The notes: generated by a model from the sequence alone, not told the origin. A stretch of 61,660 nucleotides of DNA from Bacteroidota bacterium (GCA_031411335.1 JANOAX010000264.1:1-61660), one strand, 5' to 3'. Positions 34,509-44,723 are shown, counted from the first letter of the stretch. Program-made: numbers and translations.

Positions 34509-35212
34509 CTTATTTACCGTTAGAAAATGGAGGATTCATTTTAACCTCTAATCGTGATGAGAAGACGCTTAGAAAGTCTGCTCTACCACCAAGTAAGTAC
34601 CAGTTGAATAGCACGGCTGTATTTTTTCCAAAAGATCAACAAGCTGGAGGCACATGGATTGTTACATCTCATCATCAATACACTCTGTGCTTATTAAATG
34701 GCGCCTTTGTAAAACACGAGCGAAAAGAAAACTATAAATGGAGTCGAGGTCAAGTGCTACTCGATTTCTTTCACTATAACGATGTACCACTTTTTTTAAA
34801 GGAGTATGATTTTATCGGCATCGAACCTTTTACATTAATCATTGTGGAGGAAAAAGAAAGAATAGGTTTATATCAGTTGGTTTGGGATGGAGAAAACATC
34901 CATCTAGAAAAAAAAGATGCAGAGAAAGAAAATATTTGGTCGTCAGTAACCTTGTATGAACCCCAAGTAATCCAAGCACGAAAAAAATGGTTTGATACGT
35001 GGCTGGAGGAGCATCCATTCGATAAAAGAAATGAAATTACTAACTTCCATCGGTTTGGTGGAGATGGGAATCCGGAAAGCAACGTATTGATGAACCGAAA
35101 TAATATTGTAAAAACGGTGAGTATTACATCCGTATTTAGTAGTCAAGATGAAACAACCATGCAGTACTTCGACGTACTTGCTGATCAGGAATATAAAATT
35201 CGAATTCTATAA
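34496..35212 (+). CDS. NRDE-family protein (TANGO2-like, N-terminal Cys)
   Basis: 238 aa. It starts MCTVTYLP and contains the literal family motif TSNRDE. It overlaps DinB by 13 nt. Confidence 0.8.
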   Translation: MCTVTYLPLENGGFILTSNRDEKTLRKSALPPSKYQLNSTAVFFPKDQQAGGTWIVTSHHQYTLCLLNGAFVKHERKENYKWSRGQVLLDFFHYNDVPLFLKEYDFIGIEPFTLIIVEEKERIGLYQLVWDGENIHLEKKDAEKENIWSSVTLYEPQVIQARKKWFDTWLEEHPFDKRNEITNFHRFGGDGNPESNVLMNRNNIVKTVSITSVFSSQDETTMQYFDVLADQEYKIRIL

Positions 35213-36298
35213 ATGGATACTTCGTCAACGGCTATACTGAGAGATAAAAGGAATATTGTGATTCCCCAACTTCCTTTGTGGATGGTACGTATTGTTAATT
35301 ATGAATATTGGCCTTTCCAACTTCTATTTTTTCCGAGTATTTTTTATTGGCTATTTCTAAGTCTAAGAGCACGGTCCCTCGTTTATTTTACAGCTACAAA
35401 TCCCGCTATTGACTTAGGTGGATTTTTTGGTGAGTCAAAAATTAATATTTTAAATAAGGTGAGCGGCAAGTATAAACCACGAACACTTTTGATCGACAAG
35501 AATTGGACTTCTGCATATATTTTACATAAAATGGAGTCTGAAGAAATCTCATTTCCCATCTTCTGTAAGCCCGACAAAGGGGAGATGGGCTTCATGGTTC
35601 AAAAAATTTCTGACTCAGACGAGTTGGAAGAATATTTAAAAAGATGTCCGAGTGAAATATTGATTCAAGAGTTTGTTGATTATTCCATTGAGTTTGGCAT
35701 TTTATATTATCGATATCCGAATGGGAAATCAGGAATTACCTCCATCGTTGAAAAAGAATTTATGAGTGTAGAAGGAGATGGACAATCGACGGTGGAAGAG
35801 TTGATGCATAAAAAGGATCGATCACGATTTCAAATTAAACGATTTAGCGAAGAGAAAAGAGAATTGTTAAAAAGCATTCCACCAGCAAATCAAAAAACAG
35901 TATTGGAACCCGTCGGAAATCATTGTAAGGGCACGCGGTTCATCAATGGAGAAAGACTCATCAATAAAAAATTAGTTTCCGTATTTGATGAAATTACATC
36001 TACCATGGATGGTTTTTATTTTGGACGATTTGATCTAAAAGTTAAATCCATTGAAGATTTATTTCGAGGTGAAAACATAAAAATTATGGAAGTCAACGGA
36101 ACAACGAGCGAGCCAGCACATATTTATGGAGAGGGAATGACACTTTGGAGGGTCTATCGAGCTATTTTTCACAACATGAAAATTGTAAATGAAATCGCCA
36201 TTGAAAACCATCGTAGCGGAATTAAATACATGTCGATACCCGAAGTGGTAAACGTCGCTTCGCACCATTTTAAAATGAAAAAGAAATATGGGAATTGA
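35213..36298 (+). CDS. ATP-grasp-fold ligase with a hydrophobic N-terminal segment
   Basis: 361 aa. An ATP-grasp-like core is suggested by FCKPDKGEMGFMVQKI, ILIQEFVDYSIEFGILYY and the C-terminal Mg/ATP motif IKIMEVNGTTSEP. The N-terminus (YEYWPFQLLFFPSIFYWLFLSL) is membrane-like. The start directly abuts the NRDE stop. Confidence 0.6.
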   Translation: MDTSSTAILRDKRNIVIPQLPLWMVRIVNYEYWPFQLLFFPSIFYWLFLSLRARSLVYFTATNPAIDLGGFFGESKINILNKVSGKYKPRTLLIDKNWTSAYILHKMESEEISFPIFCKPDKGEMGFMVQKISDSDELEEYLKRCPSEILIQEFVDYSIEFGILYYRYPNGKSGITSIVEKEFMSVEGDGQSTVEELMHKKDRSRFQIKRFSEEKRELLKSIPPANQKTVLEPVGNHCKGTRFINGERLINKKLVSVFDEITSTMDGFYFGRFDLKVKSIEDLFRGENIKIMEVNGTTSEPAHIYGEGMTLWRVYRAIFHNMKIVNEIAIENHRSGIKYMSIPEVVNVASHHFKMKKKYGN

Positions 36299-36911
36299 TA
36301 TTTTCTTTTCTTTTTTACTTGCCACCGTGATCAGTTTTATTGGTTCTTTGCAGCCCGGATTAGTAAACATGGGTGTGCTTTATGCGGGATATCATCGCTC
36401 TCGAAATGCAGCTATCAAAATGGCTATTGGTGGCGTTTTACCAGAAATAATTTATTCGGCAATAGCATTATTTCTTTATATGAAGGCTGCTGAGTTTTCC
36501 TATATAAAAGTTGGGCTGAATATTTTATTTATTCCTCTTTTGTTCATTGCCGGAATTTATCTTTTAGTAAAGAAATCATCAAAAGAAGAAATGAAAAATC
36601 AAAATGACCATGATTTTACAAATGGCTTTATGATAGGTATGGTAAATCCATTGTTAGTTCCTTTTTGGTTGATCTGGATACAGCAAGCGGTACAACGAGG
36701 TTATTTGGAGTTAAACAATTTTTATACTCAAGTTGCCTTTGTTGTTGGAACCGCAGTTGGTGCACTCATTTTGCTTTTAGTGGTTGCATTTAACACCGCA
36801 AAATATAAAACACAGCTTGAAAAAATATTGAAGGGAAGGCTCAATTTCTTACTTGGACTTATTTGTATTATTTTAGCATGCGTAGAACTATTCCGTCTAC
36901 TCGTGGAATGA
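36288..36911 (+). CDS. LysE/RhtB-family amino-acid/metabolite exporter
   Basis: 207 aa with about 6 TM helices and the N-terminal pattern ATVISFIGSLQPGLVNM typical of LysE-type translocators. It overlaps the ATP-grasp gene by 11 nt. Confidence 0.65.
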   Translation: MGIDIFFSFLLATVISFIGSLQPGLVNMGVLYAGYHRSRNAAIKMAIGGVLPEIIYSAIALFLYMKAAEFSYIKVGLNILFIPLLFIAGIYLLVKKSSKEEMKNQNDHDFTNGFMIGMVNPLLVPFWLIWIQQAVQRGYLELNNFYTQVAFVVGTAVGALILLLVVAFNTAKYKTQLEKILKGRLNFLLGLICIILACVELFRLLVE

Positions 36912-37597
36912 GTCAAGAAACGCAATATTGGCATTTACGTAACCATAAATTATTTTCTGTTTTAACAAATGCTCAAATCGATGATTTGTGCATTATGACT
37001 CGTTATAAGAAAGCTTCGAAAGGTGAAATCATTTATTTTGCTGACGAACCCGAGAAACGCATTTTTATTCTAAAGAAGGGAACGATAAAAATTTGTGAGC
37101 ATGATGAGAAAGGAAATGAAGTAGTAAAGGAGTTGTTGATGCAAGGCGATCTTTTTGGAGAGATTAGTCTAGATCAAGGAAAGGGAAATGCAGAATATGC
37201 ACAGGCACTTTCCCAAGATGTAGTTATCTGTTCTTTTCGATTAGCAGATTTCGAGCATTTATTGGAAAGCTATCCAGGCATTGCACTTAAATACACCAAG
37301 TTGGTTGGATTTAAATTCAAAAAATTGAAAAACAGTTACAACAATCTCTTTTTTAAAGATGTTAAAACTCGACTTATTCATTTTTTACTCGATTGGGCTG
37401 AGCGAGAAGGACAACAGGAAAATTCCAGAATCATTTTAAAAAATTATTTAACGCATCAAGACATTGCAGGCGTGATTTGTTCTACTCGACAAACGGTTAC
37501 ACAACTAATCAATGAATTAGAGGCAAACAATATTCTTTCATATGGACGGAAAGAAATTATACTTGAAAGCGTTGAAAAACTTTCTTCCCTGAAATAA
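36908..37597 (+). CDS. Crp/Fnr-family transcriptional regulator
   Basis: Has a cNMP-binding-like beta-roll (IYFADEPEKRIFILKKGTIKI...GDLFGE) and a C-terminal HTH (THQDIAGVICSTRQTVTQLINELE). The start is taken at ATG 36908, which overlaps the LysE stop (ATGA), rather than the ORF-track start at 36863. Confidence 0.85.
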   Translation: MSQETQYWHLRNHKLFSVLTNAQIDDLCIMTRYKKASKGEIIYFADEPEKRIFILKKGTIKICEHDEKGNEVVKELLMQGDLFGEISLDQGKGNAEYAQALSQDVVICSFRLADFEHLLESYPGIALKYTKLVGFKFKKLKNSYNNLFFKDVKTRLIHFLLDWAEREGQQENSRIILKNYLTHQDIAGVICSTRQTVTQLINELEANNILSYGRKEIILESVEKLSSLK

Positions 37598-37871
37598 TTA
37601 GTGATCAATCCCGTCTTTTTAAGACAAGACGATTTTAAAACTCCTTTCGTATAATCAAATACTTAAAAGTCTATTTTTCAAGTTATTAGGCTTTATTTTT
37701 AGCCTTTAAAATAAAGTTAAATTAATTAAGAGTACAGAATGTAACCTCATTGGGATAAAGTCGTTAGAATAGAATGGATACTAGTATAATTTAAAGTTTT
37801 TTAATGAAGCAAAGTATAAAAAATCAATAAGTTATCAAACCATTACGCTTTTCTTTACACAAAGAAAAAGA

Positions 37872-40319
37872 ATGATTAATCCGAAGTTAGAAAAGCAGTG
37901 CGCCCCCTATTTTAATCATCCTAATCATCCTAATCATCCAACGATGAGTTCTGAATTGTTTTATACAATCAGCAAAACCTACGATGATTTTTTAGGAACA
38001 CAGGAAAGATTAGAAGCAAGAATAAGTGAACTGGAAGAAATGCTTTTGCAGCGTAATTTAAATCACTCAACAATAAATCAATCAAGCGAAAAATCGACTA
38101 CAGAAAGTAAATACAAAGAACTGTTTGAAAAAATGGCGGATGGTATTTACAAGAGTACGGTAGAAGGAAAATTTATTGATGTCAACCCTGGCTTGGTAAA
38201 GATGCTCGGCTATGATAGTATTGAAGAACTTTTAGCCATCGATATCAAGAAAGATTTATATTTTGAAGAAAGTGAACGAGAGGTAGACCCAGTAGAGGAA
38301 GAAGGAATTTCTATATTTCGTTTAAAGAGAAAAGACGGTTCTGAAATTTGGGTAGAAGATAGAGGACAATACATCACCGACGATTCGGGAAAAATATTGT
38401 ATCATGAGGGAAATTTACGCGATGTTACTTCAAGAATAAAGACAGAACAACATTTACAAAAAAGCCAGAAGGAAACTTCAGATTATAGAAAGGCGCTCGA
38501 CCAATCGCTTATTGTTTCGATCACAAATCAAGATGGTATTATCACTTATGCAAATAAGAACCTTTGTAAAATTTCTAAGCATTCAAAAGAAGAACTTATT
38601 GGCAAGCCCCATAGATATATCAATTATCATGGAGAGAACGATGAGAATATTTTGGAACAAGACGAGACTGTAGAGAAAGGGATCGTTTGGCGCGGCGAAG
38701 TAAAGAAGAAAGCAAAAGATGGATCTATCTATTGGGTGGACCAAACGATTGTTCCTTTTATTAATGACAGTGGAGAAATTTATCAATATTTAACCCTCCG
38801 AATTGACATCACGGAAAAGAAAAATGCTGAATTAAGAACTCGCGAAAGTGAAGAAAACTTCAAGGAAATAATTCAGTCAAGCAATGATTTGATACTAAGC
38901 TTAAACATCGATGGAACTTTTGATTTTGTAAATGCCTCTTGGTTAAAAACAATGGAATATTCAGAAGAAGAGATCAGTAAAATGAACATTTTCGACATCA
39001 TATGTGAAGATGTTTTGAGTGGGTGTTTAGAGAGATTTCAACGAGTATTAAGTGGAGAAAAGGTGGATAATGTTGAAACAACTTTTATAACTAAATCGAA
39101 CAGGAAAGTTATATTGGAAGGGAGTGCCGTTCCTAAAATAAAAGATAATAATGTGATTGGAGTCAGAGCATTCTTAAGAGATGTTACCGAGCGGGAAGTA
39201 GCAGAAGCGCAAACTGCTGCAGTAAACGAACAGTTAGAAATTAAAATTGATCAACTGAACGAATCGCAGGAAGTAGCACAATTAGGTACTTGGGTTTTAG
39301 ATTTCAAAACGGGAAAGACATCTCACTCTAAAGAATTTTGTAAGATTTTAGAAAGAGAGGAGAAAGAGTTAGAGATCCCCATAAATGACCAATTACTATT
39401 CTTTCATCCGGAAGATCGTTCCATTGTAAGCGAAGCGTTTATGAATGTTATTCAAGAACAAAAAGGGTATCAATTTGAAGCAAGATTGTTAATGCCAAAT
39501 GGCAAAGTGAAAAATATTTTTGCAATTGGACGATGTTCGGCTTTTGAAAATGGATCTCCATTACGACTCTTGGGCACCATTCAAGATATTACCGATCGAA
39601 AAATTGCGGAACTGAAACTAGAAAATAGCATCAGTGAATTGAAAAAAACAAATGCTGAACTAGATAAGTTTGTATATAGTGTTTCACATGATTTAAGAGC
39701 TCCATTAAGCTCGATGTTGGGCGTCATTGAAATAAGCGAAGAGGACACCACTGACGAAATGATGCTAACGCACCTGAAAATGTTGAAGAATAGCATTAAA
39801 AAGTTAGACGGCTTTATTTTGGACATTTTAGATTATTCGAGAAATGCAAGACTAGAAACAAAAAAGGAAGTTATTGACTTTAATGAAATGCTTTCCGATA
39901 TTACGCAAAATTTAAAGTACATGGGGGGTATTAATAGAATTGTTGACATTCAGGTGGAGGTGAATGAAAAATCAAAAATTCATTCAGACAAAAGTCGATT
40001 GAATATTATTTTGAATAATTTAGTTTCAAACGCTATTCGATATCAAAACGAACAAACCCCGAATCCTTTTGTAAATATTAAAATTGATACTTCGGATACT
40101 GAAACAGGAATCATAATTAAAGATAACGGCATTGGAATTTCTGCTAAATCTCAAGGGAAAGTTTTTGAAATGTTTTATCGTGTTTCCGAAGCTTCGGTAG
40201 GTTCTGGACTTGGACTTTATATTGTGAAAGAAGCAGTTGAAAAATTAAACGGTGAAATAAAATTGGAATCTGTACCAGGAATGGGCAGTACATTTAAAAT
40301 TAGGATACCCAATATTTAA
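37872..40319 (+). CDS. Multi-PAS sensor histidine kinase
   Basis: 815 aa with at least four PAS/PAC modules (RDVTSR, RIDITEKK, RDVTEREVAE, IQDITDRK boundaries). It also has an H-box (SHDLRAPL), N-box (NLVSNAIRY) and G-boxes (DNGIGI, GSGLGL). The start is ambiguous (37872 or the MSSELF ATG at 37944). Confidence 0.9.
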   Translation: MINPKLEKQCAPYFNHPNHPNHPTMSSELFYTISKTYDDFLGTQERLEARISELEEMLLQRNLNHSTINQSSEKSTTESKYKELFEKMADGIYKSTVEGKFIDVNPGLVKMLGYDSIEELLAIDIKKDLYFEESEREVDPVEEEGISIFRLKRKDGSEIWVEDRGQYITDDSGKILYHEGNLRDVTSRIKTEQHLQKSQKETSDYRKALDQSLIVSITNQDGIITYANKNLCKISKHSKEELIGKPHRYINYHGENDENILEQDETVEKGIVWRGEVKKKAKDGSIYWVDQTIVPFINDSGEIYQYLTLRIDITEKKNAELRTRESEENFKEIIQSSNDLILSLNIDGTFDFVNASWLKTMEYSEEEISKMNIFDIICEDVLSGCLERFQRVLSGEKVDNVETTFITKSNRKVILEGSAVPKIKDNNVIGVRAFLRDVTEREVAEAQTAAVNEQLEIKIDQLNESQEVAQLGTWVLDFKTGKTSHSKEFCKILEREEKELEIPINDQLLFFHPEDRSIVSEAFMNVIQEQKGYQFEARLLMPNGKVKNIFAIGRCSAFENGSPLRLLGTIQDITDRKIAELKLENSISELKKTNAELDKFVYSVSHDLRAPLSSMLGVIEISEEDTTDEMMLTHLKMLKNSIKKLDGFILDILDYSRNARLETKKEVIDFNEMLSDITQNLKYMGGINRIVDIQVEVNEKSKIHSDKSRLNIILNNLVSNAIRYQNEQTPNPFVNIKIDTSDTETGIIIKDNGIGISAKSQGKVFEMFYRVSEASVGSGLGLYIVKEAVEKLNGEIKLESVPGMGSTFKIRIPNI

Positions 40320-40326
40320 AGTAGTT

Positions 40327-40758
40327 ATGGAAAACTCTGACGTGAAGAAGATATTTAAAAAAGTGTTGGTCATTGACGATAGTGAAACGGATCGCTATGT
40401 TGCTAAACGAATGCTTCAAAAGTATAATTTTGCCGACGAAATTGTTGTACAAGAATCTGCAACCAAAGCACTCATTTATCTACAAACTATCGAGAACACT
40501 CCCGATGAATTGCCTCAGTTTATTTTTCTAGATATTCGAATGCCAGAAATGGATGGTTTTGGATTTTTGGAAGAGTTTAAAAAACTAAATGATACCACAA
40601 AGTCTAAGTGTACCATTGTGATGTTGTCCACATCGCTTGATTCGGAAGATTTCGATAAGGCGAGTTCAAATCCATTTGTAAATCGATTTTTAAACAAGCC
40701 ACTCGATAAAGAAAAGATGGAAATTCTAAGCCAGGATTTTCAGCCAAAATTCCCGTAA
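40327..40758 (+). CDS. Stand-alone response-regulator receiver domain
   Basis: 143 aa with an acidic pocket (VIDDSETD), the phospho-acceptor context (FIFLDIRMPEMDG) and MLSTS...KP. Confidence 0.9.
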   Translation: MENSDVKKIFKKVLVIDDSETDRYVAKRMLQKYNFADEIVVQESATKALIYLQTIENTPDELPQFIFLDIRMPEMDGFGFLEEFKKLNDTTKSKCTIVMLSTSLDSEDFDKASSNPFVNRFLNKPLDKEKMEILSQDFQPKFP

Positions 40759-40855
40759 AGAATTACACTTTAATACTTGAATTTTTTTCATCCAACAGCA
40801 GTAAATGAAACGATCGTACTATTGATCGCGTTAATTGATTTTAAAACCTATAATT

Positions 40856-42250
40856 TTAATAGGGTTCAAAGTAATAAGTATTATTGAGTGAAGTAATCGT
40901 TACGGGTTTTTTACTCCACGTTTCGATTCCATTTCTGTGTTTTACCACAATATAATACGAATTTCCACTATATAAATACGGCATAGAAATATTGACAATG
41001 CCACTGGTTGTTAAAATTGCAGAGATAGAATAGAGCATTGTGTAAGGCGATACGGTGCTTCTTAATTGAACCGTAATCGTATCTGCACTTGAGCTTCCTA
41101 GCGCCGAAGTCATCGTATTGCCAGCGATATACAACCCCTCTATGAAAAGTCGCATCTGAAAATTAGAAGTAGTAGGCGCAGGATATGTTGTAACCGTTTC
41201 TGTAATGCTTGTCACTTTTGTAGTTGTTCTGGTTCCATAAAAAGTGGGCCCCACAACATACGGATAAGCGGAATTAAAATTTGAATCGACCGTACAGAAA
41301 TAAGCATAAATCCCACTTGGATACTCGGGAGTTACACAAAAGCGACCGTTATGAATATCTAAATTATTAGGAGTAGTTGGCGTGACAAATTCATAATCTT
41401 CGCGAAAATATCCTAATGGATAGGTGACACTCACATTAGGGCCAGGCGTTACGGAGGCACCTGTGTAATATGTATTTCTTACCGAAATTGTTCTTAGTCG
41501 AAAACTAGATTTCATTCGCGTGACACCTCCTGTTCCATTTGTATTATAATATCCATAAGCCCCATAAATGGGAAAACCATCATATGCGAAACCGAGCAAT
41601 GGAGAATGCTTTGTTGCATCTATTACATAAAGCCCATCTGCATTGTAAAGATTGCAAACAGTAGAAATTACATTTTGATCTAATTTAAAAGCGCTCGGAT
41701 TTTGATGATGGTGATAGTTACCCATAGCAGGATGTCCCTTTGAACAATCGAATCCGCCCTTCTCTGCTACGATCGCATCTCGGTTCCACACATTATCTCC
41801 AGTACCACCAAGAGGACCACCAGCAAGCGAGTTGGTCGAGTTCCTCCAAGAAACACCATCTCTATAGTCGAAAAGCGCAACACCGTTTATAAAGATTCCA
41901 ATATTTCCACCAGTAGTAGCGGTAAGCGTTCCGGTATTTTGAATTGGATTTCTTGAAATTTTGAAGATCGCATTTTGGTTAGTTGCTAAAGATGGGTTTC
42001 CATCTAAAAAAGGTCCTGTGGTGTAAGATGGAATTCCTTTTGTTCGAATGTATACCCAGTTAGTAGAGTAATAGACAGTTTGTACATTGGCTGAGTCATT
42101 ATCTTGAATGGCCGTTGAATTCCCGCTAACATAATGGCTTCCTTTTTTTCCATTGGTGTTAATGAGCCATGATGTGATGATGGGTGATTGTGCAAATACA
42201 CATTCTACCAAAAGCATAAATAGGAGGAGAGAGGTTGTTTTCATAAACAT
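40856..42250 (-). CDS. YHYH-domain secreted protein
   Basis: The signal peptide MFMKTTSLLLFMLLVECVFAQ starts at 42250. The ORF-track extension to 42553 overlaps the opposite-strand gene and is not credible. Motifs are GHPAMGNYHHHQNP and GFAYDGFPIYG. Confidence 0.6.
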   Translation of the reverse strand: MFMKTTSLLLFMLLVECVFAQSPIITSWLINTNGKKGSHYVSGNSTAIQDNDSANVQTVYYSTNWVYIRTKGIPSYTTGPFLDGNPSLATNQNAIFKISRNPIQNTGTLTATTGGNIGIFINGVALFDYRDGVSWRNSTNSLAGGPLGGTGDNVWNRDAIVAEKGGFDCSKGHPAMGNYHHHQNPSAFKLDQNVISTVCNLYNADGLYVIDATKHSPLLGFAYDGFPIYGAYGYYNTNGTGGVTRMKSSFRLRTISVRNTYYTGASVTPGPNVSVTYPLGYFREDYEFVTPTTPNNLDIHNGRFCVTPEYPSGIYAYFCTVDSNFNSAYPYVVGPTFYGTRTTTKVTSITETVTTYPAPTTSNFQMRLFIEGLYIAGNTMTSALGSSSADTITVQLRSTVSPYTMLYSISAILTTSGIVNISMPYLYSGNSYYIVVKHRNGIETWSKKPVTITSLNNTYYFEPY

Positions 42251-42333
42251 GAAGGGTTGGTATGAAATAATTAGACGATAGAACATTAGCCAATCCCTCG
42301 CATCGTATAAAAAACATAGCTTTGTATTAAAGA

Positions 42334-42798
42334 ATGAGTGCGATGAATACCTTAGAGAAAAGGAAAATAGTGGAGTGGTGTCGTCAGCTAATCGATGAGC
42401 GGATAGAAGAAATGGTATTGCAGGGCAAGGCGCTTCAAGAGGGCGTTGCCAATGAATCCAAAAGCTCAGCTGGCGATAAACATGAAACGGCGAGGGCGAT
42501 GATGAACCTAGAGCAAGAGAAATTGGGGCGACAATATCAAGAACTGATGACAATGAAGGAGTATTTTGACAAAATAAATTTTGAAATCGTTTCAGACAAA
42601 ATTCAATTAGGCTCTATGATTGAAACAAATAAAGGATATTTTTTATTGAGTGTGGGATTTGGAAAAGTATCTTTTCATGATCAAGATATTTTATTATTGT
42701 CTATACCATCTCCCTTAGGAGAAGCATTGATTGGGAAACATGTTGGCGATAAGATTCAGATGAACTCATTTCAATACACTATTGAAAGCATTCATTAA
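42334..42798 (+). CDS. GreA/GreB-like protein (coiled-coil N-terminus plus GreA C-terminal-like domain)
   Basis: 154 aa with a helical N-terminal half. The C-terminal SIPSPLGEALIGKHVGDKIQMN resembles the GreA C-domain motif SPxGxALxGxxxGD. Confidence 0.5.
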   Translation: MSAMNTLEKRKIVEWCRQLIDERIEEMVLQGKALQEGVANESKSSAGDKHETARAMMNLEQEKLGRQYQELMTMKEYFDKINFEIVSDKIQLGSMIETNKGYFLLSVGFGKVSFHDQDILLLSIPSPLGEALIGKHVGDKIQMNSFQYTIESIH

Positions 42799-42815
42799 CC
42801 ATAATTATTAATGTA

Positions 42816-43376
42816 ATGAAACTTTATATTCGAAACATGGTTTGCAGCCGTTGCAAGTTGGTGGTGAAGGCGGAGTTGGAAAGACTTCACTTGCATCCAA
42901 CCCAAGTCGATCTAGGAGAAGTTGAAATTGAAGAGAACTTAAGTTCAGATCAACAAAAGCAATTGAACGGAGCGTTGCTAAAATTTGGATTTGAAATCAT
43001 TGATACAAGGAAAAGCAAAATCATAGAAAAAATAAAAAATTTAATTATTGATCTTGTTCATCAAAGAAAATCCAAATTGCACACGAATCTTTCTACCTAC
43101 CTCGCCAAGGAAATTAACGCTGACTATAATTACATAAGCAACTTATTTACCGATGTGGAAGGGACGACGATAGAACAATATTTTATTGCTCAGAAAATAG
43201 AGAAGGTAAAAGAGTTCTTAGTGTATGATGAACTCTCGTTAAGCGAAATTGCATTCGAATTGAATTACAGTAGTGTTTCCCATCTCAGCAAACAATTTAA
43301 AAAGGTAGTAGGCTTAACTCCAAGTCATTTTAAGGAATTGAAAGACAAAAAAAGATTACCGATTGATAAATTGTAA
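42816..43376 (+). CDS. AraC-family transcriptional regulator with an N-terminal HMA-like CxxC domain
   Basis: 186 aa. The N-terminus MKLYIRNMVCSRCKLVVKAEL has a ferredoxin-like metal-binding-site pattern. The C-terminal AraC HTH reads LSEIAFELNYSSVSHLSKQFKKVVGLTPSHF. Confidence 0.8.
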   Translation: MKLYIRNMVCSRCKLVVKAELERLHLHPTQVDLGEVEIEENLSSDQQKQLNGALLKFGFEIIDTRKSKIIEKIKNLIIDLVHQRKSKLHTNLSTYLAKEINADYNYISNLFTDVEGTTIEQYFIAQKIEKVKEFLVYDELSLSEIAFELNYSSVSHLSKQFKKVVGLTPSHFKELKDKKRLPIDKL

Positions 43377-43459
43377 ATTGTACAAATCATTTCCGAAATT
43401 GTATAACACCGTTGGATAATCCATGTTGTTTCTTTGCAAGGTAAAAAAACGATTTAGCA

Positions 43460-44176
43460 ATGACACATGTTTATGAAATTTCAGGAATGACCTGCTCCAG
43501 TTGTGTAGCAAAAGTAAAATCTGCACTTCTTAAAATCCCCGACATCGATTCGGTCGATGTTTCTCTGGAAACCCACAGTGCCAAAATTTCGATGAGTAAG
43601 CACCTATCAAATGGCGAGCTACAAAGAAAATTAAGTGAGGCCGGCAATTATAAAATAATTAATTCTGATCATAATGATGCTGTGGAAGTATCAAAAAGTT
43701 GGCTAGCGACCTATAAACCCATCTTACTAATTTTTGCATACACCATTAGTATCAGTTTGCTGGTCTCCATGGAAGCAGGTGAAATAAATGTAATGAGTTT
43801 CATGCGATACTTTATGGCTGGTTTTTTCATTTCCTTTTCCTTTTTCAAATTTATCGATTTAAAAGGTTTTGCAGAAAGCTATAAGATGTATGATGTCATT
43901 GCCATGCGTTTTGGTCTCTGGGCATTTCTCTATCCTTTCATTGAATTAAGTTTAGGCCTCTCCTATTTGATGAACATTAACCCTCTTATAATTAATGCTT
44001 TAACACTAATTGTGATGAGCCTAAGTATCATAGGAGTCATTCGAAGCGTTATCATGAAACAGCATATTCAATGTGCTTGCCTTGGTGCTGTATTTAATTT
44101 ACCAATGAGCACCGTTACCATTATTGAAGATGCAATCATGATAATAATGAGTGCCTTGATGTTATTTCTAATTTAA
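43460..44176 (+). CDS. Heavy-metal-associated (HMA) domain fused to a MauE/DoxX-like membrane domain
   Basis: 238 aa. The N-terminus ISGMTCSSCVAKVKSAL is a canonical GMTCxxC site. About 4 TM helices and a conserved Cys pair context (QCACLGAVF) follow. Confidence 0.7.
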   Translation: MTHVYEISGMTCSSCVAKVKSALLKIPDIDSVDVSLETHSAKISMSKHLSNGELQRKLSEAGNYKIINSDHNDAVEVSKSWLATYKPILLIFAYTISISLLVSMEAGEINVMSFMRYFMAGFFISFSFFKFIDLKGFAESYKMYDVIAMRFGLWAFLYPFIELSLGLSYLMNINPLIINALTLIVMSLSIIGVIRSVIMKQHIQCACLGAVFNLPMSTVTIIEDAIMIIMSALMLFLI

Positions 44177-44185
44177 ACCATACAT

Positions 44186-44605
44186 TTGCATTTCATGAGG
44201 AATCGTATTTTTATTTTATTACCGTTGATGGTAGCATATCTATTGATGCTTTCACATGACGTAATTCCCCATCATCATCATGAAACATTGGTAGAAGCAG
44301 AGCATCATCATGCAACAGAACATGCTGATCACCATCATCACGATGGTACAACGGGTGCACACGATCACACCATGCACTTTGTTCATTCACCCGACTTTGG
44401 TCATTACATTCCTTCTTCAAATTTTTCTATAAATAGTGAAACTGTAAAATTACTTAGCTGCTTAGTTATTGAATTAAATGATCTTTTTTCATCTAAACAA
44501 AGGGATGAAGGCACAATACAGTGGTATGAAGAAAATCCGCCTCCGCTTTTAAGTCAATATTCTTCGACCTTCCTTTTTCGAGGACCTCCTGTTACATTTA
44601 TTTAA
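44186..44605 (+). CDS. His-rich membrane-anchored hypothetical protein
   Basis: 139 aa with one N-terminal TM helix. Dense His runs follow (PHHHHE, EHHHATEHADHHHHDG, HDHTMHFVH). The operon context is metal resistance. Confidence 0.5.
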   Translation: MHFMRNRIFILLPLMVAYLLMLSHDVIPHHHHETLVEAEHHHATEHADHHHHDGTTGAHDHTMHFVHSPDFGHYIPSSNFSINSETVKLLSCLVIELNDLFSSKQRDEGTIQWYEENPPPLLSQYSSTFLFRGPPVTFI

Positions 44606-44723
44606 TCAGCTTTATATCTTGCCTGTTGGCAGGTATTAAGGGGCAAACCGTTTGTATTTATTAATACGAGCGGCGAGGCAATGTATCATTCAAATTTAAT
44701 CTAATCTTTAAAATTCATTTACG

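Noticed and set aside
37917-37940. 9-nt tandem repeat catcctaat x2.5 (encoding HPNHPNHP) at the 5' end of the histidine kinase ORF
   Set aside because: It is very short and lies upstream of an alternative start (MSSELF at 37944), so it may be leader rather than coding sequence. Nothing supports a function beyond making the start ambiguous.
42251-42553. N-terminal 101-aa extension of the YHYH ORF (track start 42553)
   Set aside because: The extension has no protein-like features and overlaps the opposite-strand GreA-like gene. It also precedes a textbook signal peptide (MFMKTTSLLLFMLLVECVFAQ) that starts at 42250.
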